This document shows positions 1 to 11,100 of a DNA stretch of 52,586 nt, piece after piece. The stretch lies in assembly GCA_964565665.1 (NCBI GenBank), contig CAZMFZ010000003.1, positions 7,101 to 59,686 on the forward strand, written 5' to 3'. Every line of letters starts with the position of its first letter. Position 1 is the first letter of the stretch. This DNA is from an uncultured Bifidobacteriaceae bacterium (lineage in GTDB: Bacteria > Bacteroidota > Bacteroidia > Cytophagales > UBA9547). Position numbers and translations under genes: made by a program. Below the pieces are notes generated by a model, which searched no databases, was not told the DNA's origin, and saw nothing but the letters and a program-made list of their open reading frames with translations.

Positions 1-322
1 GTTTTTAGTTCGTATCTACATTTTACTATTGAAAATGAAATAATATCAATCGACTATTATAAATTTTGGCAATCATAAATAGAAGTTGAACGCAACAAAC
101 TCAACCTTTAACAAATTTTTCTTAAAAATTTTGTAAAAAGCCCAACCAAGCTCACAAAACACGACATTTTTTATGATTACCTTTAAACTTTGGCAAAATG
201 TACCTAATATAATATAGTGGAGAATTAAGAAATCAGAAAAATAAAAATCACTTTTCAGTAGTAGATAATTTTAAAGCCATTAATTTAGTGGTTTGTAAAC
301 CCGATAATAAATAAAATAAAAC

Positions 323-907
323 ATGAAAAATAATCGTTTAGCAATCATTATTGCTTTAAGCATTGCTTTTTGCTTTCAAGCATTTGCTCAGGTATTAAAT
401 TACCAAAAATTAAAAGTACCCACTGTAGATGGAGGTGGAAAGGTATTTGATGCGGCCAAAACCCCCATTGGAAGAATAGACAGGGAAGGCGTAATTTACG
501 ATGCAGCTGGAGCGAAAGTGGCTCATTTCGACCCATTTAGAAATGTGCTAGAAGATGCTACCGAACAAAACTTTGGCAAAAGCGATAATGAGGGAAATCA
601 TTTGCTTGTGGATGGAAAGAAAGTGATTACTTGGAAATCGAACCATCCTGAAAATGCAGGCTTGCAACTTTGCTTGATTAAAAATAAAACTGGAGATATT
701 GTAGGCACTGTTAATAAAGTATATAAAGAGTATGGAACTGGAGCTTTGTTTTATTTGGTTAAGAAATATGTGAAAGCTACTGAAACTGTAGCTACTACTG
801 TTACCAAGAAAACAGTAACCAAAACTTCAAAACCTGCTGCAAAAAAGAAGGTAGTGAAGAAAACAACAACAAAGAAAACCATTACGAAAAAGAAAACTAA
901 AAAATGA
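323..907 (+). CDS. Secreted hypothetical protein with short beta-repeats and a Lys/Thr-rich basic C-terminal tail
   Basis: Signal peptide ending AFA-Q; repeated G-x-V/I-F/Y-D-A-A units (GKVFDAAK, GVIYDAAG); tail KKTVTKTSKPAAKKKVVKKTTTKKTITKKKTKK; stop overlaps the next start (ATGA, 904-907). Confidence 0.7.
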   Translation: MKNNRLAIIIALSIAFCFQAFAQVLNYQKLKVPTVDGGGKVFDAAKTPIGRIDREGVIYDAAGAKVAHFDPFRNVLEDATEQNFGKSDNEGNHLLVDGKKVITWKSNHPENAGLQLCLIKNKTGDIVGTVNKVYKEYGTGALFYLVKKYVKATETVATTVTKKTVTKTSKPAAKKKVVKKTTTKKTITKKKTKK

Positions 908-1242
908 AAACTCAATTTATAATTTTCATATCCACTATTATCATTATTTCATTTAGCTGTACTGCACAAACGGACATTTCGACTTTGAAATTTAAAGTTT
1001 CAGGCAATTGTGAAATGTGCAAAAAAACGATTGAAAACTCATTGGGTATAAAGGGTGTGAAATCGGCAAATTGGAATCAGGATACCAAAATAATTGAAGT
1101 AGTGTATAACACTACCAAAATTAATGAGGATAGAATTCACGAAGCTATAGCCGCTTCGGGCTACGATACTGATAAGAAAAAGGCTGATGCTCAGGCATAT
1201 AAAGATTTGCCAGAGTGCTGCCAGTACAGCAAAAGTAAGTAG
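904..1242 (+). CDS. Heavy-metal-associated (HMA, CopZ/MerP-like) exported protein, probable lipoprotein
   Basis: GNCEMCKKTIE CxxC metal motif; C-terminal YKDLPECCQY typical of Bacteroidota HMA proteins; hydrophobic N-terminus with FSC lipobox-like site. Confidence 0.88.
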   Translation: MKTQFIIFISTIIIISFSCTAQTDISTLKFKVSGNCEMCKKTIENSLGIKGVKSANWNQDTKIIEVVYNTTKINEDRIHEAIAASGYDTDKKKADAQAYKDLPECCQYSKSK

Positions 1243-1264
1243 GATAGAAGGGATAATGTAAATC

Positions 1265-1305
1265 AAGCATGGAATTTTAAATAAATTCCATGCTTTTATT
1301 TTTTT
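1265..1305 (+). terminator. Intrinsic terminator after the HMA gene
   Basis: 13-bp perfect stem AAGCATGGAATTT/AAATTCCATGCTT followed by a T-rich run. Confidence 0.7.
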
Positions 1306-1438
1306 GTGGATTGCTATAAAAGCTTTTATTTTTTGCAATAAGGTAAAGTTTATACTGCAAGAGTGAAATATGTGTACTCTCTTAAGCTAAATTATGCTAG
1401 TTTCGTATAAAGTACTCTAAAATAAACTATCGAAAACA

Positions 1439-1840
1439 ATGGTATCAACTGCAAATAAGTTTAAGAAAGTACTAGTTATTGACGATGAGTTTATTGATAC
1501 ATACATTATCAAACACTTAATGCAAGCTCAAAACTTTGCTGATGAATATATTTTGATTGATTCATCACTTGATGCTTACGATTACATAAGTGAAGAAATG
1601 AACGGAGATACAAAATTTCCTGAAATAATTATTTTGGATTTGAATATGCCACTTTACAATGGCTTTGAATTGCTTGAAAAGATAGATGCACAAGTGAAAA
1701 TGCACAAAGTAAATACAAAGGTATATATATTATCATCTTCTGACTTTATAGAAGATATAACCAGAGCCAAATCGTTCCAATCAGTAGCAGGCTATATTGT
1801 AAAGCCACTTACAGAGGAAAAACTCAATGGGATTGGTTGA
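1439..1840 (+). CDS. Single-domain response regulator (receiver only)
   Basis: VLVIDD, phosphoacceptor in ILDLNMP..NGFE, SSS and KP motifs; no output domain. Confidence 0.92.
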   Translation: MVSTANKFKKVLVIDDEFIDTYIIKHLMQAQNFADEYILIDSSLDAYDYISEEMNGDTKFPEIIILDLNMPLYNGFELLEKIDAQVKMHKVNTKVYILSSSDFIEDITRAKSFQSVAGYIVKPLTEEKLNGIG

Positions 1841-1860
1841 AATCTGATGCTGAATCTTGA

Positions 1861-1901
1861 AAAAATCCCTTCCAAGATTTCAAAACTTGAAAGGGATTTT
1901 T
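1861..1901. terminator. Hairpin terminator / REP-like palindrome
   Basis: AAAAATCCCTTCCAAG...CTTGAAAGGGATTTTT, 16-bp stem with one mismatch and A/T tails on both sides. Confidence 0.7.
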
Positions 1902-2193
1902 AGTGCCACCTGCAACTCATATTTTTTGGTTATAAATCAACAGCATGTTGTGTTATTAATGGAGGTAATAAAAATCGGTATATATATTTACGAGTCGACA
2001 GTTAAAGTTTAGATTTAACTAAACCATACTATTGTGCGTAAAAGCCACCACATAATAAATATATCCGTACAGATACTCAATTGTAGTTTAGATTTAGATA
2101 ATTGCAATTTAGATTTGAGGTGACATAGCAATTAAAACCCTATTACCTATTTACAATAACACCGTATAAAGCAGCAATATTATCGCACCATAG

Positions 2194-5100
2194 ATGAGAT
2201 TATTATACACAAAACTACTATCCGTTTTCTTTTTTATGGGGGTTACATTTTTAGGGTTCGGGCAGTGTCCAGCCACTAATGCTGTTTCGATTAGCTCTTT
2301 ACCTGTATCCTGTTTCGGTGGTAATGATGGATTAGTTGTTTTTAACTTTAATCCTATTACAATTTCAGGTTCTCATAGATTTAGACTTTATCAATTGCCA
2401 AATACACCTGTATCATCGGCAGTAATTGCTACTTCTGGTCCAATAACTTTTACTGGAGGGATATCAAATGGCAACTATGAAGTTAGGTATTATAAAGTAG
2501 GAGGAATTGGATCTTGTGGTTCATTAGGGTCTCCTGTACCAATAGCTGGTACAAATATTAGTGTAGGTCAGCCAGCGGTGGTAGAAATTTCATTATTATA
2601 TGACAATGAATTATGCTTTGGAACTAATCAGGAAATGCAAGGTTCTGATCCTGTTCCGCCAAGAGGTCAGCCGTACAGTACACTTTGGAGCATTACTGGT
2701 CCCAGCCTAGCCGTACTTTCCCCCAATAATACAGCCGATTATGTAACAGTTAGTAATTTACAACCCGGGACATTTAATGCCACCTGGAGCGTTAGCGTTT
2801 CTGGATGTGGGGTTGCTTCAACTTCCACCGAACCATTTTATGTTAGAGAACTACCAGTCATTTCAAGTAGCCTTACAACCACCGTATGTAGCGGCTTTCC
2901 ATTTAATTATATCATAACTTCCACAACCGTAGGCTCTACTTTTCAATGGACTCGCCCCACAAACCCTAATATTAGCAATGCAGCTGTTACAGAATTTGAT
3001 GAAACTATTAATGAAACCTTAATTAATACAAGTGCTACGCCTCAATTAGTTCTTTATCAATTGCAAGCTACTGGCCCTGGAGCAACGGCTTGCCCCGGAA
3101 TTCCTTCTGTACTAACCGTAACGGTAAATCCAACCCCAACTGCCAATGCCACCCCATCTTCCGATACCAAATGCAGCGGACAGCCTGTAAGTTTTGCTCT
3201 TTCAAGCAATTTAGCTAATACTATCTACACATGGGTTACTTCCATTACTTCTGGCGTGGTTTCGGGCATAAATTCGGGCGGTGGAAGCACCATCACAGAT
3301 ACGCCTATCAATTCGGGCAATGCTTCTACTTCATATCTTTACATAGTAACCCCGCAAAATACACTCACAGGGTGTAGTGGTTTATCACCATTTACCATTC
3401 CTGTCACCATCAACGTCTTGCCTACTGTGGCAGGCACAAATGTCCCTACCGTTTGTGGGTTTGCCTCTACTTCTATCAATTTAGCTACCAATGGCACCAG
3501 CTTCGCCTGGAGCAATGGGCAATCTACCAATCCAGCCACATTAACACCTGTTGTCACTGGCTTGAATACTTTTACAGTTACCGTAAGTTCGGGTTTGTGT
3601 GGTGTAGCTACCACAGTTGGGGTGTTTTCTCAATCTACCGTAACAGTACAGGGTGTAAATGCTACAGTTTGTGGTCTAAACTCAGCTACAATAAGTTTGG
3701 TAACCAATGGAAGCAATATCAATTGGTTCAATGGAACATCAACCAATTCCATATCCGTAGTTCCAGTTTCCTTCGGAATCAATAATTACAATGCCACAGT
3801 TACTTCTGGTGTATGCAATGTCACCACAGTGGTGAGTGTATTGGCACAGCCTTTAATTACCGTTTCTAGTACCAATACTACAGTTTGTGGGTTTATTCCT
3901 ACCTCTCGATTATTAATCACAAATGGTACAGCATTTAATTGGAATACAGGTCAAACTACCAATCCTGCTACTTTAACACCAACTATTTTTGGTCTCAACA
4001 CCTTTACCGCCACCGTTTCTTCCGGATTGTGCAATGTGGTTACATCGGTGGGTATTGTTGCCATTGCCCCACTTTCTGTGGCAGGAACAAATGCTACTGT
4101 CTGCGGCCTTTCCCTAGCCAATATTAGCATTACAACCAATGGGGTAAATATCAATTGGTTTAACGGAGCGACTACAAGTACTATTTCAGTTACTCCTACT
4201 AGTTTAGGCAATACTAATTACCCGGTTACTATCAGCTCGAGCATTTGTCAAATCGTTACTACTGTGGGAGTAACAGCTGTTTCGCCCGTTACAGTTTCTG
4301 GAAATAATGCCACAGTTTGCGGTCTTATCCCCACCTCATTTACATTATCAACGAATGGCACTAGTTTCAGCTGGAGTACAGGTCAAACCGCCAATCCCGT
4401 AACATTAACCCCTGTTATATTTGGGTTGAATACTTTTATTGTTACTGTCAGTTCGGGCTTATGTAGCGTAGTTACTTCTGTAGGAATATTTGCTACATCA
4501 TCTATTACCATAGCGGGCAATGCAATTCCAACTATATGTGGTATTACTTCAACTTCTTTTACCTTAACCACCAACGGAACTTCTTTTCTTTGGAGTAATG
4601 GACAAACTGCAAACCCTGCGACATTGACCCCTGCCACATTCGGTTTGAATGCTTTTACAGCCACAGTGAGTTCTGGATTCTGCAGGGTTACGACTACATT
4701 GGGCATATTTGTGCAATCGCCAATTACCGTTCAAGGTGTAAATGCCACAGTGTGTGGATTAAACTCAGCCAATATTAGTATTCTAACCAATGGAAGTAGC
4801 ATCAATTGGTTCAATGGTGCAACTACGGGATCTATATCTATAATTCCTGCTTCGGTTGGAATAAACAATTACAATGCTACCGTTACTTCTGGCAGTTGTA
4901 GTGTTACAACTACGGTGAGTGTTTTGTCTCTTGCAGTAGTTACTGTTTCAAGTACCAATACTTCGGTTTGCGGGCTAAATCCGACTGGTGTTTTGTTGTC
5001 TACCAATGGCTCTACTTTCAATTGGAGTTCAGGGCAATCTACCAATCCTGCTACATTAACACCTTTATCATTCGGCTTAAATACCTTTACTGTAACTGTT

Positions 5101-8100
5101 TCTTCTGGGTTGTGTAATGCGGTAACCACTGTAGGCATAGTTGCAAATGCCCCTATCACAATTGCTGTTACGAACACTACAACAGTTTGTGGGTTAGTCT
5201 CTGCAAGTGTCACTTTAACTACCAATGGCAATAATTTCAATTGGAGCAATGGGCAAACTACCAATCCAGCCATATTAACGCCAAGTAGTGGAGGGTTAAA
5301 TAGTTTTACAGTTACAGTAAACTCAGGCCTTTGCAATGCTATTACTACCGTTGGCGTATTTTCTTTAAATCTAATAACAAACATTTCGGGTAATCCGGCT
5401 TCGCCCATTTGCAGTGGAAGTACTGTAAATGTAACTGCTAGTTCTATCCCATCTGGAGGTGTTTTTGATTGGGCTACCCAAGTAATTTCCGGCACTGCAA
5501 ATGGAAATAGCAATGTGTCTGCCTCAAATAGTATCAATCAGAGTTTGACCAGTACAGGATTGGGAATAGTGAGCTACACCGTGGTAGGCACACTCAACGG
5601 ATGTGCAGGAAGCCCAGCCATTTTCAATGTTACAGTAAACCCTGCTGTTTCACAACCCACTTTCATTTCAGGTAGTAACCCTATTTGCCAAGGCACTACA
5701 AATGTATATCAAACAGATTTGCCTGCTAGTTTGAATGCAAGCTCTATTACTTGGTCAGTATTTCCGGCATCAGCTGGAAGTCAAATATTAACCCAAAATG
5801 TGACTACTGTAAATTGGAATGCAGCATTTTCGGGCAATGTAACTTTGACAGCAACAGCTTTCGGATGTGGAGCTTCACAAAGTTCGTTCTCAACGGTGTT
5901 GGGAATTTCAGCAAACCCCACTTTCGTTTCGGAGCTTACCCAACAAAACAACTCATGTATAGCAGACAATGGTATCATTACAGCCACAATTACAAGTGTA
6001 CCAAATTCAATTAGGCTAAATAACACTATAAATCCAGCTTCATTTTTTGCTGGAATAGCAACGTTTTCAAATTTAGGGCCTGGTACATATATCATAGTAA
6101 TGCGCAATGCAGTTGGTTGTGCAACTTCATCAACGGGTTACAATATTATTGCTCCGGCCACCCCACTTGCACCAAATGCAGTATCAGCTCCAGCGGGCAA
6201 TTATTGCGAAGGAGCAACTGTTCCCACTTTAACAATTACTGTTCCTAGTGGATTAATTGGTTTATATGACTCTGGTGTATTAGTCACTACCACTTCATCT
6301 ATTCAATCTTTAAATTTACCTATTACGGCTGGTTCGTATAATTACAGTGCCAATGTGACTGTAAATGGATGTGTAAGCCCATCAACATTCATCATTTACA
6401 GTATTAATTTTTCCCCAAGCATTACAGGAATCGCAGGTTCAAACCCAACATCTTGTGGTTCGAGTGATGGAAGCCTAACCGTAACGGGCTCAGCAAGCCT
6501 TTATACATTGGGATCGGTTTCAAATGCAACAGGTATTTTTACCAGTCTTGCTCCCATAACACATAATGTAATCGCCTCAACTGGTAATTGTAGCGTAACT
6601 AGCTCGATTACGCTATCTGCCCCCGGGCAAACTTCTCCTCCAGTTCTATCGGGCGGTAATACTTATTGTGCAGGGCAGCCTATTTCGCTTTTAACTGTTA
6701 CCAGCACAATTAGTGGTACGTTTGGATTGTACAACGCTTCCAATACAGTAGTCGAAACCAAAATAGGCAGCAGTGCGGTTTTCAATACTACTGCCTCGGG
6801 AACTTATTATGCCAACATCACTGTGGCGGGTTGTGCCAGTGCTCAATCCAATACCGAAAACATTATAATCAATGCCATTCCCATCATTGCAATTTCTGGA
6901 AATAATGCCGCTTGTAATGGCAATTTGGTAACTGTGACTGCCAATGCGGGTTTTGGCAGTATTTATATTTGGTCTGGTGCACAAACTGGCAACACCGCTT
7001 TTTTTAATAATTCAGGTCTCAAAACAGTATTAGCCACCGTTTCTGGTTGTAGCTCCAGCCTTAGTTTTGTAACTACCATCAATTCAAATCCGATAGTAAC
7101 TATTTCGGCAAGCCAAACCAGTGTTTGTTCAAACGCAAATGTTACGCTGACTGGAAACGGAGCAAATAACTTCACTTGGCTTCCATCTTTGATATCTGCA
7201 CCATCTATTGTGGTACCTGTTGTGGGCAATACCATTATTAGCGTTATAGGAACAGATTTGAATGGTTGTGTAGGCAATGCTATCGTGAATCTATCCGTCA
7301 CTTCAGGTATTGTTGCTGTCGATTCACCTTTGGGAAATACTTCAAAATGTAGCGGAAGTGGCACATTCGGTTATGCGCTACCCAATACCAAAACTTTTTA
7401 TAACGCCACCACTTTCAATTGGTTTTTGATTCCTGCCGCATCGGGCACAATTACCGTATCTACTTCGCCCAACGAACATGTGGCCTCGGTAGCTTGGAAT
7501 GCAAGTTTTGCAGGTGTGGCAATAATTTCTGTAGTGGGTTTCGATGCTTGCGGCAACACTTCGGGCAATTTTACAAACGTCACTATCAATTCATCACCCA
7601 CTATTTCATCAATATCAACGATTGACCCTAGTTCTTGTAGTGTCAGCGATGGAGCTATTACCATTACTGGCACAGCGGCCAGTGGCTCAGTTACTTATGT
7701 AAATTTAACTGCGAATACTACCGTAGTTTCAGGTATATTTTCAAGCTTGAGCGCCAGTCCAATATCGAGCTACAACCTCCGATTGGTTGATGTGGTAAAT
7801 GGCTGTTTCACAGATGCTACCGCAAGTCTCAATCCTGCTGGTCAGCCTGCTGCCCCTTCTATCAGTGGCGGAAATACCTATTGCACTGGGCAAACTGTAC
7901 AGCCAATTTTTGCTACTTCTGCAACAATTGGGGGAATTAGCATTTATTTATCCCCTAATATTTTTATTGCATCTACACTAGGAAATAGCCTTTCAGTGTT
8001 ACCATCAGTATCAGGCAATTACTTTGCTCGTTTTTCAGATGGCAGTTGCGTAAGTGTAAATTCTGCTGCCGAAGCGGTAACCTTCAATAATCTTTTTATA

Positions 8101-11100
8101 ACGGCAACCACACCTAATCCTGTAAATGTGTGTGAAGGAAGTGCGGTAGCCTTGGCAATAATAGATGCAGGTGCTACTTATGCTTGGTTTGGTGTTGGAC
8201 TTGATGTAAATTTTGGAGGCAGTGTAAATGCTACACCAACTTTCGCAGGTACAAATTATTATGTAGTAACTGCATTAGGGTCGGGTAGTTGTACTGCATC
8301 TTTCACATTTACTGTAAATGGGCTTGCAAAACCTACCACCCAACTCATAGCCACCAACCAAACCGTGTGTGGAGATAATATTAACCTGGCTTTGAATAAC
8401 GTGGGTGGAACTTCGCTCACGTATTTTGATGGCTTTGTAAATAATACCGTTGCATTTGCGGGCAATGGTTTCAATGTTCCGCTAACGCTTGGCGACAATA
8501 TTTTCAGTTTAATAAGTGTTTCAGGGGCAAGCTGTTTTAATACAACTGCATCTGGCAGCGTTACTATTTTCCGAAGAGCAGATACCGATCCGTTGTGTAC
8601 TTGTACCGGAAGGGGCGAATTAATTGGCGGTAGCGGTTCGGTTTGCGAAGGAGGTTCATCTACCTTTAATTTGGTGGTTTCGGTTACGGGGTCTTCTCCC
8701 TTATCGGTAGAAATACTCCAAAATGGCGATGTAAACAATAGATTGACTTTCACTGGCTTAAATGCGGGTGTAAATGCCAACTTGGCTGTATCGCCCAATG
8801 TCACCACCGATTATACTATTTACCAAGTAAACTCTGCTACTTGCCAAGGGGCTGGCAGTGGTTCGATACGAATCAGTGTTACGCCAGTACCTATTTTATC
8901 CGTTACCAGTCCTGTAATAGTAAATTGTACCACCACTTCGGTCGATTTGTCCAATTACTTTGTAGATTTGAATACTACCATTTCTGGAGGAATCACTACT
9001 TATTGGGACGATGCCAATTACACCATTCCCATTTCAAATATAGTGACGGCAAGTAAAGTCTATTATATTAGAAAAGTAGCCAGCGGATTGTCAACCTGTT
9101 CTGGCGAAGCTGCTATTTCAGTGGTATTCCGAAGCAAACCAGCAGGGATAGTGACGGGGGGGGGCTCAGTTTGTGCTGGGCAATCGACAAATATCAGTGC
9201 AAGCTTTACTGGCGGTACTGCTCCATATTCATTTGTATATGGCAGTGCAACTTCGACTTCAGGCATTCAGTCGAGTAGTGGGCTATTTTCCACCTCTGTA
9301 AATGCAGGAAACGATACGTACACAGTATTGGGAATTTCAGATGCGAGTGGATGTGCCATATCTGTTTCTGGTATCGCAATTGTGGCATTGAGTCCTTCAA
9401 GCCTTTGTGGTGGCAATGTAGTTTGTATCACTTCCCCTTCTGCACCAATTCTATTTTCACAGGTTGCTCAATGCGGAGAAATAAAGTTGAATTGGACTCC
9501 TCAATTGGTTGATTATTATAGCTTTACGTTGCAATTTATTTCGGGAAATGTATCAAGCACAGGCACAACTACCGGATTTAATACCAGTTTTTCAGGGCTT
9601 TCTGCCGGCAATTACAATGTGATAGTAAGTGCTTCAAATACCTGTGGCACAAGTTCGGAGGCCACCTTGTTGGGTGTTAATACCAGTGATGCACTCACTG
9701 CGGTGGTAACAGGAGGCGGGCAGGTTTGTGCCAACCAAAAAGCCTTGTTAAGCATCTCTCTAACAGGCACAGCACCATTCTCAGTTACTCTTAGCAATGG
9801 TACTTCTTATATCAACCAAGCCAATAATTTCACCATTACCGTGGGTGGGTTAACTGAAAATTATACCATTGCAACCATGGCAGATGCAACGGGTTGTACC
9901 AACTTAATTACCAGTACTGGAACTGATGTTGTTGGGGTTTTTCCTCAGAATGCCAGCATAGCAGTTGCAAGTAAATTCACCTCATCGTGCGAATCAGGTA
10001 GTTTTGTATTTTCTGCTTCTGGTGTAAATGGAGGTACTAGTCCTAGTTTCAATTGGTATGTAAATAATCAATTGGTATCACTCACAGGCACGAGTTATTC
10101 AGTTGTAGGAATAGATACAATAGGTGACAGTAGCTTTTTGACCATTTCAGGCTTGGCAAATAACGATGCCATTACCGCTCAATTGACACCTGACCCTTTA
10201 GTAGCAAGTTGTGTTTTGAATGCCTCAAGTATTTTTTCATCTCCAGTAAATGTTAAAATAGAAAATATTGACCTTTCAAGTGCAATCTCATATATTCCAA
10301 CCCAGTGCTTGAATAGCAGCGATGGCGTTTTATATATCAATCTACCCAATAAATATGCAGGGAGAACTTTTAGCTATAGCGTAAATACAATAGTAGGCGT
10401 GGTATATGATCCGCTAATTACTGTTGGAGGTCTTTTGGCAAATAAACTCAACATCACTATTACGGATGCTGACAATCCCCAATGTACACTCGACACTATT
10501 ACCAATGGCACAGGCACAGTCAATGCCACAATCATTCCAGCCGTAACTAATGCTGATTGCAACGCAAACAATGGTAGCATCGGAATGTATTTTAGAAGTG
10601 AATTTCCAAATTACAATGTTACCATTATCGGCTTGAACACCACCACAGGTATTGATAATGTCATTTCAGTTGTTTCAAACATAGTTTCCGACAGTGCAAG
10701 CGGCTACACTTTTATGTTCGACAAGTTAGGAATTGGGCTTTATCAAATCAACCTAGAATATAATAATTGCTTTGCCTCATTGCCAGTCTTATCAATAGGT
10801 GGTGGCAGCACACCCATCGTTGATTTGGGCGAAGATATCAAAATTTGTCGTGGCGATTCAATTATCCTCACCACCTCAGGAATTGCGGGAGGTTTATATT
10901 CATGGTTCAAAAACGATTCTTTAATTAGCACAGGATCTTTTAATTATTTACCTATTCGCCCGAGCAAAAGTGCCATATATTCGGTGAGTGTTCCTGGTAC
11001 AAATGGTTGCTACGCTACTGATTTTGTATCGGTAAATGTGGCCGATATATCCCTGAAATTGGTAACCACCGCACTCGAATCAGATACCAAGGTTAATTTG

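Noticed and set aside
1-90. Open frame at the window edge (VFSSYLHFTIENEIISIDYYKILAIINRS*)
   Set aside because: Could be the tail of an upstream gene but is too short to support a call
3421-5367. Periodic ~216-nt repeats considered as a CRISPR array or a diversity-generating retroelement target
   Set aside because: In-frame coding repeats with mostly synonymous divergence; no repeat-spacer structure, cas genes or reverse transcriptase in the window
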